64,000 nt of DNA from Octopus vulgaris (Eukaryota): NCBI GenBank assembly GCA_951406725.2, contig OX597817.1:74586001-74650000 (forward strand), written 5' to 3'. The position numbers and the translations under genes are program-made. This document shows, piece by piece, positions 1 through 12,159 of the stretch (position 1 is its first letter; every line of letters starts with the position of its first letter). Under the pieces are notes generated by a model. That model was not told the origin of the DNA. It ran no database searches and saw only the letters and a program-made list of their open reading frames with translations.

Positions 1-328
1 CTTAATACATCATATCATATTAAATAGCATTTAAGCATAAAGTGGGCAGTTAGTACTGATGAGAATAATTATCAATGACCATAAGTAATGGGACAGTAGA
101 TTTGCAGAATCAATAGAGCATCAGGTAAATTACCTAGTGGTATTTAAGTCTCATTATATTCTGAGTTCATATCTTGCCTATGTCAACTTTACCTTTCTCC
201 TTCCAATATCCATAAAATATATTTTTTGTTTTAACCCATAAATCTTTTTCTAAGATAAAAGATTTGCAAGATGAAAAGAAATTAACCCTTTTTTATTTTT
301 GTTTCTTTAATCTTTCCCTGCCTGATAG

Positions 329-384
329 AGTTGCGAATTATGTCCAAACTATGGTGGAATTTTTAAAGAAACAGATGCAGGCAA
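329..384 (+). CDS. PHF14: PHF14 internal exon (first seen in window; Zn-knuckle/ePHD start)
   Basis: tgatag|AGT...GGC AA|gtaagt; SCELCPNYGGIFKETDAG(K) matches the recalled PHF14 motif CELCPNQDGIFKETDAGRW. Confidence 0.9.
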
Positions 385-690
385 GTAAGTATAACCAAAA
401 TATAATTTCTGCTATCCTTAATCTCACTTCTAGATTTTCTTCATTTTATTTTCTTTATCAATAAAACAAACTAACCCTTTAGCATCCGGATTACTCTGTC
501 AAATGTGATGCTTATTTATTCACATTGTTTTGAATGAATCATGCGTTATTTCATAGCTTTGAGATTTCAGTGGTGTGATTGCTTAGCTTTAGAATGACAC
601 TGTAAGGTTGGTGTGAGAGGCTAAATCTGGCCAGTTTGAACATAAAACAGAATATCTTGGCTGGATATATATGCTATATATCCTATGTAC

Positions 691-899
691 CAGTGGTTCT
701 CAGCCATTTTTGTCCTATAGACTGCTTTAATTCCTATTTTACTGTACTAGATCCTCAATGTTTAAAAGAATCTTATATTTTTATACTTAAATAGTATTAA
801 TAATTGTTGTTAAAATATATTTTTTATTTTTGAAGTATAACCAATTATTGCAGATAAATTTTAACAAAATCTCATATGGACCCTGGTTGAGAACCACTG
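691..899. mobile_element. hAT (Charlie-type) MITE
   Basis: TIRs cagtggttctca / tgagaaccactg; TSD degraded. Confidence 0.65.
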
Positions 900-2399
900 C
901 TACAAGTCCTGTTGTTATTTATGTCCACTATGCAACTTAGGTTTTATTGTACCCTAGTCTGTTGGTGACCCCTTTGACCCTGTATATATTTCTGTTGTAT
1001 AATATAATTTGTATGTATCCCTGTTGGCATATATACATGTATATAGTTGGTATATTTGTAGATGATTCAGTTGCAATGTCTACGTATCAAAAAATAGTAT
1101 GCATTTGTTCAGAGTTAGTTTCAGTCTACAGAACTCTGGGTTATGAGCCCAGCTTACTTGTACTATGCCTCTCTGCACAGGTGATTAAGTAACTATATAA
1201 TGTATTATTTCTTAAATTACCCATTCTTGGTTACATTACTTCTATCACATCATCCATCATGTGTCATTTATTTATTCTTCATTTCTATACATTGGATTGT
1301 TTCAAATAACCGTGTAGAATCTACACAGTTGCTCAACCTGATTTATAAAATTTAGCCAGGTCTCTTCAGACACAGGAAGTCATTAACTTGCAATGTTTAA
1401 AGTAAATTTACAACTTTTGTCTTCCTTCATTTTTTATCATTTCACTATTAAAAGCCTATACAATCCGTTTTTTGAGTAAAATTTATAAATTATCCTCTAG
1501 GTTAAGTTAGTTTAGTAGTGATACCTCACTTGCTATTTAGGTAGGTACTAGGCATAACTACTACTTAAAAAGGGATGCTACAAAAAAAGTGGTTAAGAAC
1601 CACTGATAAATAGTAACTATACAATACATACTGTTGCACTGAAATGTTAATCTACTTACTCCGAGAGTTACATTTAACAAACCTCATGCAAATTCTTCTG
1701 TGTCTTTCACTTTTTGCTGTTTTCCAATCAGCCAGAAGCATATCAATTCTATAAATGTTTTCCTATTGCAGCATAGCTAGTGAATTTCTAGTCTATATAC
1801 TATAAAAATATCTTTTTTTTTTAGTGTGCTATAAAAAATATCTGATTGTTTTATTTTATTTATTTATTTCCATATTAAACTTATTTCAAATACCACAGTG
1901 TTAATTTTATTTTTCCATCCCCCTAATGATAGATAAAAAGCCCAATTAAGATGATACCAGAGTAGATTCAAGTCATTTTGACTATTTCTCCTGGGAATCA
2001 ACTTTCTATATAGTTGAAAGAAAGAGCTGACGAATATTTGAGAACATTAGAGCACCATTCTAAATAACTTGGAGTAATATCATTGGTTCATTGGATTTTT
2101 AAACAGCAAAAGTAACATGATTCTGTACCATTAACTTAGTGCAAAACAGGTCTAGCAAAGGACTTAATTCACAGGTTTTTTTTTTTACAGTTTTCTTCTC
2201 AATGCTTACATTCTCCTCCAAATTAAATGATGTAGTCATTTCACCTATTATTGAGAAATGTATTCCCTTTCCCATGTAAATCATGTGAGCCTTCTGCCCA
2301 TATACGACATCAGTATAATGGTAAAAAGGTGTTGATAAAATTAATGTTACTTATAATCATTAGCTCATTGGTGATTTTAATCTTTTTGTTTTTCTTCAG

Positions 2400-2511
2400 A
2401 TGGGTTCATTTGGTGTGTGCATTATATACCCCAGGTGTAGCATTTGGAGATGTTGACCGACTGAGTGCTGTCACATTATTTGAAATGCCATATGCAAGAT
2501 GGGGAGCCAAA
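2400..2511 (+). CDS. PHF14: PHF14 exon (ePHD)
   Basis: ttcttcag|A TGG...GCC AAA|gtaatt; WVHLVCALYTPGVAFGDVDRLSAVTLFEMPYARWGAK; phase fits previous exon. Confidence 0.93.
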
Positions 2512-3238
2512 GTAATTAATTCTTTATCAATTGCTACAATGTTTCTTTTAGACTGTCTGTCTATCTATCTATATCTATCTATCTATCTATCTATGTATCT
2601 ATCTACTTTGACCATCCATAAAATCCCAAATTTTATTTTGTCTTTTGTGGGAGCAACTGCCTTTGAAGACTCATATTGTCATTCAATACTTGAAATGAGG
2701 AGTAGATAGGCAGCCAACAACTGATGAAGAGTCGTTCTCTATGTTACTTGTCCTGTTTTCCATTTGCTTCTCTTGTTGTTTGCGTATTCAAATTATTTGT
2801 TTTCGTATTTCATGTTTACTGTTTGTGATGTCCTGTACCCATATATATGTAATGCGTTTGTGTTTGTATATATAATATACATATATGTGTATTTATATAT
2901 CGTCCGCTAGCTCCAAAAGCTTTTTTTATTCTCTCTCTGTTTATTTCCTTGTGTTCCTTTCTGTTAAGACTTTCTCGCCTTCCCGAGCGTCAAACTAATA
3001 TACCTGTTTGTTGTTTATGCATCTGTCTTCGTCTTTTGCTTTTCTGTAAATTTCAACTATATATATCTATATATATATACATATACATATAAGCGGGATG
3101 ACCACTACGTGGACATCATTATGCTAGAAGTAGATCCGCTATGGTCTTACCACTAAGAAAGGAATGTTCTCAAGAAAAATTTAGCAAACGCCAGAATATA
3201 AGTGAGCAAGACAAATGAAAAGAAACAAAATATCGATT

Positions 3239-3311
3239 AATCACAAACCAGTTTCACTATTACCACTTACATAAATACTCACGTAATCATCCATAGCTCA
3301 TCAATATGATC
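3239..3311 (-). ncRNA. Mirror hammerhead copy in left arm (C3U core variant)
   Basis: Reverse complement gatcata-TTGATGA-gctat...atagt-GAAA-C(TG)G-TT-tgtgatt; stem I fully paired. Confidence 0.6.
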
Positions 3312-3496
3312 GTCATTGCAAATATAATTTGCAGAACTATACACGAGACGTCCGCATGAGATTGAATATGTATACAGTTCTACCAATTACACTTGGGGTT
3401 ATCTTTTAAAAGTCCTCATAATTGGTAGAACTGTATACATGTTCAATTTCATGCGGGCGTCTCGTGTATAGTTCTGCAAATTATATTTGCAATGAT

Positions 3497-3557
3497 GATC
3501 ATACTGATGAGCTACGGACAATTACGTAAGTGGTAATAGCGAAACTAGTTTGTAATT
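3497..3557 (+). ncRNA. Minimal type I hammerhead ribozyme motif in right arm of palindrome
   Basis: gatcata-CTGATGA-gcta(22 nt)tagc-GAAA-C(TA)G-TT-tgtaatt; one C-A mismatch in stem I. Confidence 0.72.
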
Positions 3558-3816
3558 AATCTATATTTTGTTTCTTTTCATTTTCTTGCTCGCTTACCTT
3601 CTGGCGTTTGCTAAATTTTTCTTGAGAACATTCCTTTCTTAGTGGTAAGACCATAGCGGATCTACTTCTAGCATAATGGATGTCCATGTAGTGGTCATCC
3701 CTCTTATATGTATGTAATATAATTTTTCTGAATCTTCAGATTTTAATATGCTAGACCATTGGTTTTAAATTGATATTAATCAAATTAATATTCAATTTTT
3801 CACCCTTATTATTTTA

Positions 3817-3861
<45 letters not shown>

Positions 3862-3868
3862 ATATATT

Positions 3869-4400
3869 GTGTACATTTAAACACATAAGGAATCCACTCG
3901 TGGAATTTAACACGTTAGAAAGAACAACTAGGTTCTATAACGACAAAAATTAGGGATAAAATTTGACAGGAACGAAATGAAAAATAAAAACATTTTACCA
4001 TCAAGTTTCCTGGACCAATTGGTTTCTGATTTTCAGGTACACCTTGGGTTAACCCAAAGTGTACCTGTTGACGATGATTTCACCTCGTGAGCAAATATTA
4101 TTTGCTTGCTAAACTAAAATCAGAAACCAATTGGTCCAGGAAGCTTGATGGTAAAATGTTTTTATTTTTCATTTCGTTCCTGTCGAATTTTATCCTTAAT
4201 TTTTGTGGTTATAGAACCTAGCTGTTCTTTCTAGTGTGTTGAATTCCACGAGTGGAGTCCTTATGTGTTTAAATGTACACTATATATTATGACTAATTCA
4301 TAGTCTTTTGGAACTAAATTTTTACACGTTAGGCCACTGGAAGTGAAAATTTTAATTAATTTTCCATTTCCCTTTGATATGTTTAAGTATTATATATGTA
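3869..4400. mobile_element. Hammerhead-bearing foldback element, family B
   Basis: Inverted arms 3869-4033 and 4116-4280, internal 34-nt hairpin 4034-4067, unpaired tail to about 4400. Confidence 0.72.
4064..4140 (+). ncRNA. Type I hammerhead motif (C3U) in second palindrome
   Basis: cctg-TTGACGA-tgattt(36 nt)aaatca-GAAA-CC(AATT)GG-TC-cagg. Confidence 0.68.
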
Positions 4401-4571
4401 TGTATATATATATATCAATAGTCACAGAGTCCCTTCAAATGTCAGGTTTGTTGCCCTTCTAGAACTATGAAAGCTTACTTTTCAGTTTTGCAGCATGTGT
4501 ATGATTGGATGGTTAATTGCTGTGTTGATTTAAAATGGTTTTTCAACTGAAATGCTCCATTTCTTTATTAG

Positions 4572-4666
4572 GACTGTTCATTATGTGAAGATAACCGCTT
4601 TAGTCGAACTGGAGTGTGTATTAGCTGTGATGCAGGAATGTGCCGGGCTTACTTCCATGTTACTTG
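4572..4666 (+). CDS. PHF14: PHF14 exon (ePHD)
   Basis: ttattag|GAC...ACT TG|gtaaga; DCSLCEDNRFSRTGVCISCDAGMCRAYFHVT(C). Confidence 0.93.
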
Positions 4667-5869
4667 GTAAGATTCTTATCATTATTCTGTGGTTTTCCTT
4701 TTAGTTTTTTTAACACGTTTTTAAGAATGTTTATTTTCTTTTCTGTTTTCTTCAAAAGGAAAATAATAATGTTCTGTAATCCATTGGATTTATTGATGCA
4801 TCACCATAATCTTTATCCTTTTGTTGCGGTTCAGGAAAAATATACAATGATATAACTTCCCAATGCCATCTCCAGTTTCCAGCTTTGTGGAAGCTTATAA
4901 AACATTTGTTGATTATACAATGCTCCTGTTCCCTAAAGTAGTGAACTGTATACTTATTTAACACTAGGTGGTTGGGGTTATTGTAAGTTAAGTGCAATAC
5001 AGAGTCAATCAATGTTTACAACATTTCAACCCTTCACAGTTGCTCTATTATTAAATTCAACCTGCTGTGTACTCTTAAATAACAATTTATATCATTTTTC
5101 AATATCTTCAGTGTTTTCTTTGTTTAATTGTTTAAGCAGAGCAGGACATGTAACACTTATTGTTTTTGATACATGTCAATGAAACCAGTTTCTCTCCAAC
5201 AAAAACTATAGTATCATGCCTTTCAGATGTATGTACACGTTAAGTATGGTATACAAATGATGATTTTCATATAATTCTGCCTCAGTTGCATACACTGAGT
5301 TTATTACAGCCCAACAAGCTTTCTGTAACATCAGTGAATGTATTAATCACAATTTTCTATATGTTGGGTAGGGAGGAATTATTTTTAGGCATGGAGTCAC
5401 TGCTGGGCTAATGTTTGTCTCACTCCAATATATTTTGTTGTCAGTACAATATGTATACAAAGAAATTTTCTTGTGGAATAAAACCACAGCATCATACCTG
5501 TGAATGGTTTATATGTGTGTATGATACACAGACGGCTATGGTAAAAGATATTTAAGGTGCTGTGCAGTGCATTCCAGCTCAAAAAAATGTAGCTGCAAAG
5601 CAAACTTCTTAATAATACAGCCATGTGTACATCCATGATTAATTGTAATGCAATCTTTTAATAAAATCTTGTGATGAATGGTTTTTCACATCATAGTGAA
5701 AACATGCTACAATAAAATAATTCCTCAAATTATCATATTTTCAGCTTCATTAATTATACTATAATTCTTTAATTTTCTTTTAATAAGTCATAAATAATTT
5801 CTCAAAAGTCTTTGCAAAGCCCTTTGATTTTTCTCCATCTGAAAATATTTTTGTTAATTTCTAATGCAG

Positions 5870-5918
5870 TGCTCAACGAGAAGGTTTATTAGCTGAAGCT
5901 CCTCCTGAAGAAGTAATG
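5870..5918 (+). CDS. PHF14: PHF14 exon (end either 5912 or 5918)
   Basis: aatgcag|T GCT CAA CGA GAA...; (C)AQREGLLAEAPPEE[VM]; two in-frame donors, gtaatg and gtatgt. Confidence 0.88.
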
Positions 5919-6368
5919 GTATGTACTACTACTATTAATGATCTGATTTCTTCATGAAAACTTCTAAATCACATTTTTTCAATAATCCCTGTTGTACTCT
6001 AAAAATGAAGGCAGGCTCAGGTGTGACTGTGTGGTTAAGAAGTTTACTTCCCAACCACATGATTTTGGGTTCAATCCCACTGTATGGCACCTTGGGTAAA
6101 TGTGCTATACTATAGCCCTGAGCCAACCAAAGCCTTGTAAGTGATGGAAACTGAAAGAAGCCCATCATATATAATATTATATGTGTGTGTGTGAAGACAA
6201 ACACCAGTGCTCCATGTTGCAGGTTTGGTAATTGTTAAGGGATTTCTCTCATAACCTGAAACTAATGGTAGCCTTAACCTATAAATAACGAATCTGTATC
6301 CATCAATGTGGTGTTGAGCACTCATTCCCATTGTTCAATATTAATGTGTGTGTATTTGTGTATATATA

Positions 6369-7594
6369 CAGAGTATGATGAATAAATTGTCATTTAAGTT
6401 ACACAAAAATGAAAATAACACTGACCTCTCATTTTAACATATATTTACCAAAATTACATTAAAATATCTTGAGATACTAAAGAGTAAATTTATTCAATTA
6501 AATCACTGTTGGCTTCAACCATGGCCTCCAGACGACTTTGGAATCTCCTGCAACTCTTCTGGACAGACTCCTTGTTTAAGTTGGTGTATGCTGCCATAAT
6601 CCTTGCCTTCACTTCATCTTTGGTGTTATAAGGATTTTGTTGGTCTCTCGCTCAACTGCGCTTCACACATAATAATCAAGGGGGTTGCAGTCTGGGGAAT
6701 TAGGTTGCCAGATGTTAGGGATGATGTGGTCACAGAAATTGTCAGACAGCCATAACTGGGTTCTGATTGTGTGGCATGGTGCAAAGTCCTGTTACCAGAC
6801 ATAGGGTCTTCCAGCAGCCACCCTCTTGACCCAGGACAGCACTACCTCCTCCAGGCACTTGATGTAAGCCTCTGTGTTGAGTCTGAAGCCATGTGGGAAG
6901 ATGAATGGAGGTATAACATCATCATCACTAGTGACGTTGACTGGGTGTTTGATTTTTATCACTCTCAGTACATTTTTTGGAGACATAACTAGCCAATGGT
7001 TGTTCTGTGTGTTTACCATCTGATCCTGGCAGAAATTTTTCTCATATGAGAAAAACCAAAGCATGTTCAGTTGAAGAGGATGCTTGAGTTTGTTTGAAAG
7101 CTTCGTAGTGTGATCTTTCCTCTTGTCCTTGGTGGCTTGGGATAAAGATTGTCCCTTTCTCATCTTGCATGAGGAACACCAAATGTTTTCATGCACTACT
7201 TGCCTGATAAGAGACTCAGACACTCTGATGTCCCTGGCAATGGACTTGATTGACTTGGAGAGATTGTTGTCAATCATGTCCCAGATCTCACCAACAAATT
7301 CAGGAGTTCTTTTCTTATCAGAACAATCAAAGTGAGTTTTCCAAGCTGCCATTGCCTTCGCAATCGCCATTAAACTCTTTCCAAATCCTCTGCACTGTCC
7401 TCAAATTGACACCCAAGCACTGAAATGTTCATATTGGAGCTTCTGGCAGAGTGAATTGCGTCATGGTGCTGTTTTCTCACAGACGGTGCCCAACTGACCC
7501 TATTATACTGTATAGTTGACAAAATCAAAAACAAACAATGCACATTTTTGAAATTAAAAATATAAAATGACGACAATTTAGCCATTGTACCCTG
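6369..7594 (-). mobile_element. Near full-length decayed Tc1/mariner-superfamily transposon (maT/DD37D-like)
   Basis: Imperfect TIRs cagagtatgatgaataaattgtc / gacaatttagccattgtaccctg; transposase remnants W*QDFAPCHT...WQPNSPDCNPLDY with in-frame stops; 36 aa between second and third Asp in this copy. Confidence 0.85.
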
Positions 7595-7756
7595 TGTGTA
7601 TATATATATATAGTTATATATATATTTACATATATATAAACTGTAGTATTTGTCTTGAGAGAATATTTTAAATTATCAATGTTTCAATTATCAGTCTTGT
7701 GTATGATGACACAGTGGAAAAAAATTCTTCAATTTTTGATTATTTTGTAATTTCAG

Positions 7757-7897
7757 GATATTGCTGATCCATTTTTTGCATACTGCAAAATGCATGCTGA
7801 CAAAACAACAGCTCGAGCAAAGAGACGCAATTGGCTAGCCATTCAGTCACATGTGAAAATGCATTCAGAAAAAGAGATAGAAGATGAAAAAGAAAAA
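7757..7897 (+). CDS. PHF14: PHF14 exon
   Basis: tttcag|GAT...GAA AAA|gtaggc; DIADPFFAYCKMHADKTTARAKRRNWLAIQSHVKMHSEKEIEDEKEK. Confidence 0.92.
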
Positions 7898-9018
7898 GTA
7901 GGCATATTTAAGAAAAAAAATTTTGTGTGTATTTACCTATTTGTAACAAATACAAGCTATAAAAGTTAGATAACTAAAATTGCTACCCCCATATCATTAT
8001 GAAAATACTTAGCTCTTCTGTAATTCCCTTCATTAAACATTTATAGGTTTGATTGGTAGAAAAAGGAATATCAGTTTGGGAAAACCTTCCAAATCTTGAA
8101 TGTTTTGGTAGGATGATGGGAAAATTAGCTATCAAGTTATTTATACTAGAGGGGTCACTATGGCAGGAAAACCATATCTCATCATAGTGATGCTACATGT
8201 GTTCGCCATGGCTTTATGAGAGCAGGAGAAATTCAGTGTAGAAATCTTAAGACAGCTGAAGTTGTCTTTGAGATGTGTTACCAGGTTAAGAGACATTTCA
8301 AAGTACTTGAGCCATAAAGCTCAATACTACAGGAGAGGTAAATCTGTCCATAATGTTGTCAATTGGGCTCATATTGTGGCAGTAAAAGACACTTTACTGC
8401 TGTAGTCTAAGGTAGCTTAGGTTATCTCTATGCTTATTAGTTGGGACTACTGGCTATTAAGCTAGGATGGTGGTGGATGGAAGGCTGTAGACATTTTACA
8501 AACTGGCTCTTTAATATTAGATAATTACATTAAAAAAATGTAAAAACCTAGAAAGTAGACATATAATTATTTCTAATTATAGCACTGGGCCAATAATTTT
8601 AGAGGGATGAAGTTGTTCATTACATTGACCCAGGTACTTGACTGATGCTTTATTTTATCAACTCTGAAAACAAGAAAAGTAAAGCTGACCTCAGCATGGA
8701 TTCGAACCCAGAATGTAATGATGCAGAAGAAATGCTACAAAATATTTAGTCTGAGGCACTAACAGTTCTGCTAGACATAAATAATGATAAGATGTTATTC
8801 TACTTTTCCGTACATTAGCTTCTCTGCATTGTTAACATCTTAGTATTTTTTCCATCTATATACATGCACATAATATGACTGCTCCTACCAAGAACATGTA
8901 TATATTTAAATATTTACTACAACTTTAGTAGTGATTATTCTCTTCTTTGTTTGATGTGTGTGTGTGTGTGTATATGTATGTTTATATATATATATATATG
9001 CTTAAACTTATTTTTCAG

Positions 9019-9094
9019 GCTAGATTTCAAAGGAAACTGAACAGGCGTCGTCAGAAGTATCTTCTTGCAAAAGCACGAAGTACACCATCATGGG
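9019..9094 (+). CDS. PHF14: PHF14 exon
   Basis: ttttcag|GCT...TGG G|gtaagg; ARFQRKLNRRRQKYLLAKARSTPSW. Confidence 0.87.
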
Positions 9095-9695
9095 GTAAGG
9101 CTGTAAGTCATCATCTAAATTAACAGGAACCAACCTGCCCCTGCTGTTAACACTTCCCTGTGTCTATTGCTATGCATTACAACATTTATCACCAATGGGG
9201 TAACAGTTGAACTTAAGGACATCATAGGATGTTTTATAAGTTCATCTCTTTTCACAGACCTTTAGGGTTATTAAATCAAGGATTAATTCTTGTGCTTCTT
9301 AGGTGGAGGCAAATATCTTGAATGCTAGTTGATGCAGATAACATTCAATAGAAGCATGTAAAATAGAGGCTCTTGCTTTGAGGTATTGTGACATGTATGA
9401 AGTTTGATTTGAACTCAAGCTGCAAATTCAATATCTCATTCAGGGCCCTTTTAACAGCATACATTAGCACAGGGTGAGAGTGTCAATTACCCAGTATGGC
9501 CCATGCTTAACCCTTTTGATAATGACCTGTCTGAGATTGTTCCTTGTTCTATGATACAATCCTACTATTTTTAAAGTGTTTGTTCCAAACACTAGTTTAA
9601 TAAAGATAAAGTTATTTTGTTAACTTCTTTTCAAAAATAAATTGAAACAAGCAAAGCGTAGTTCAATAGAAATGTACTTATGAAAGGATGGTGAC

Positions 9696-9843
9696 ACTGA
9701 TCTCATGTACATTATTTACATTCGACGGATATTTGTCCTCATTTTGTTTGTTGTTAACACAAAGTTTCGGCTGATATACACTCCAGCCTTCTTCTGGTGT
9801 CTTAGGGAAATTTCGAACCTGGGTTCTCATTCTTAAGGTATTT

Positions 9844-9883
<40 letters not shown>

Positions 9884-10065
9884 AAATACCTTATATATAA
9901 TATATATATATATAATGAAGTAGATGGTGAATATGCTCCAGAATAATCATTTAAAGATGTTTTTGCTTAGGAATGAGAACCCAGGTTTGAAATTTCCCAA
10001 TATCCATCGAATGTAAATAAAGTACATAATTCCTCATCTCTTAAATATAAAACTGATCTCATGTA
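9696..10065. mobile_element. Foldback element, family C, with 14-bp flanking direct repeat
   Basis: actgatctcatgta at 9696-9709 and 10052-10065; inverted terminal segments plus tail ataattcctcatctcttaaatata. Confidence 0.72.
9756..9801 (-). ncRNA. Degenerate hammerhead fold
   Basis: Reverse complement gacac-CAGAAGA-a-ggctg(gagtgtatat)cagcc-GAAA-CTTT-gtgtt; stems I and II intact, core mutated. Confidence 0.5.
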
Positions 10066-10197
10066 ATCAGCCATTTTGCCTCTACTCTACAAAAATCACA
10101 ATGAAGAAATATCCTAGAGAAAATCTTAATGACATGCAGTTGTAAGGTTTAGCATTACCTGAAACTTGTCTTATATCAGTTCCCAGTGATATATATA

Positions 10198-10435
10198 TTG
10201 GATTGGTGCATAATTACTGTAGCTTTTTTTCAACAAAAGCAATAACAACATGTAGCAAAAACATCTTTAAATGATTATTCCGGAGCATATTCACCATCTA
10301 CTTCAATTACTGCTTCCCATTTGCTTGGCAGACGGTCAGACCATCATTTAAAGATGTTTATATTAAGTATAGTTAATGTTTTTGTTGAATAAAATTTGTT
10401 GAAAAAAAAGCCGCAATAATTGTGCACCAGCCCAA
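10198..10435. mobile_element. mariner-derived MITE
   Basis: TIRs ttggattggtgcataatta / taattgtgcaccagcccaa, TA on both sides; minus strand keeps transposase C-terminus DRLPSKWEAVIEVDGEYAPE*. Confidence 0.82.
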
Positions 10436-10954
10436 TATATATATAGCATATGACATTTGGTTGTAAGACTCAGCATTACCTAGATTCAAAATACTTCTAT
10501 TATATCAGTTTGCTGTGAGATATATATTATACAGCATACTTTAAGCATGGGAGATTTTATGAATTTATTTCTGTTCAGACATGTGGGACACCATGCACCT
10601 GTACAGGCAGTGTTGATTTTATGAGCTAATGTACAGCAGAGACGTTTGATCACAGTAATCAAATCTGTGCAAGTTGTTCAGCAAGAAATTGCTGAAGCTT
10701 CATCTATCATCTACAGCAAGGGAGTCCACAAGTCCATGATTTCTGTTCAATATCCAAAATATATGATTATATGAAGTGTTATTAAAGTTTTGAATTCCTA
10801 CAAAAACATTTTCACTCTACAGATTTGTGTGCAGCTTGTTAATTTTACAAGTTATTATTTTCAAAGAGTATCTGTTAAATTCAGTGTTTTTTTGTTGTTT
10901 TTTTTCTGCATAGTTGTCTTTAATTCAATTCCATTTTTTGTACATTTCTACCAG

Positions 10955-11049
10955 TGCCAACTCAAAAATTAATTAGACATTTATCATCAAGTCCATCTGT
11001 CGTAAAGAAAATGTTGCGAAAAGCTGAGCTGATGGGAATAATAACGCAG
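10955..11049 (+). CDS. PHF14: PHF14 exon
   Basis: ctaccag|TG CCA...ACG CAG|gtcagt; (V)PTQKLIRHLSSSPSVVKKMLRKAELMGIITQ with conserved RKAELMGI. Confidence 0.9.
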
Positions 11050-12159
11050 GTCAGTTACATCTCATTTCTCTAAATGTGTGTGTGTGCATGCATACACATA
11101 TGCATATATATATATATATAAGGATAAGATCGATATTTAAATACCAATCTTATCAGGTGGCCAGCATGGGAATAAAAACTGGTCAAAGGTAATAATTATT
11201 TAAAATTATATGTGGCTTTAGAGTCAAGTTTTGACTGCTATTTCCAGCATGGAGGTATCTCTTAGATACCCTAAATTATAATTTTAAATTATATATATAG
11301 TCACAGGCTTTGTTGTGTACTGTCATGGGATATTGCTTTCCAACCACGTTTTCAGATTCTCTTGGTTTAAATGTTTTCTACTAAAGCCTTATGAGTGGAT
11401 AGACAGAAACTGAAAGAAACACCTTTTCATATAGACGTGTGCTTGTGTGTATGTATATATGCCTTCTCTGTTTATATTGCTCAATTACAAGCAGACATTG
11501 CTGTCAGTTCTTTGTCTGCTAGCTTTGCTCCTTCAAAGAATGTATAATAGAATTGAAACATAGGTAATAGTTAGTAACAGGAAAGGCATCCAATAGTAAA
11601 ATAATGTTCCAAGAGTGTATTTGTCTAACCATGCTAGCATGGATAAACAGTTGTAAAAATGAACACATGAAATACGTTTTCCTTATGAATGCAATTGGTG
11701 ATGGGGAAATTGTATGAAAACTCGAGTGTGTGTGTGTATATATACAAAACGTTGTAACAATTCTTGCTTGAAGATTGCAATGGCATGAAACTCTAGTCTC
11801 AAAATATACATTCAGTTTCAATAAATTATGTGTGTGCACACACACACGTGTCTGTCTGCTTGTGTGTGTGTTTGTGTGTGCAGATGTTGACCTTTTACAT
11901 CGTCAATTATTGCTGAGTGAGTAAAGCAGTAATGTGAGGTTTACAATCCCTGCCGACGTTATGACCAATTACTCGACACTTTTGAAGACTAGTGGAATAA
12001 AGAGGTCCGCCTTACTTGAAAAACAGTTAACGGCTGATAGTAAGAAGTGCATCCAGCTATAAAATGCAATCTCAAAAGATATCTCCATCTATCCTGCATT
12101 AACTTGAAAAAGATAACAAACATAAAACAAGCATCAAACTGATTTTTTTTTTTTAATAG

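Larger units (their letters stand above)
3083..3820. mobile_element. Hammerhead-bearing foldback element (Penelope-like, non-autonomous), family A
   Basis: Inverted arms 3083-3389 and 3419-3713 around a 29-nt loop, unpaired tail to about 3820, flanked by (TA)n. Confidence 0.75.

Noticed and set aside
56-90. CTGATGA near the window start (also at 57298)
   Set aside because: No stem II, GAAA or stem I pairing.
2715-2760. CTGATGA followed by hairpin agag/ctct
   Set aside because: No GAAA or NUH after stem II; at most a decayed ribozyme relic within a repeat.
6008-6100. tRNA-like A/B boxes
   Set aside because: SINE heads without a full cloverleaf; not tRNA genes.
10128-10535. Diverged ~70-bp direct repeat either side of the mariner MITE
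   Set aside because: Old local tandem duplication, too long and diverged for a TSD; no functional signal.
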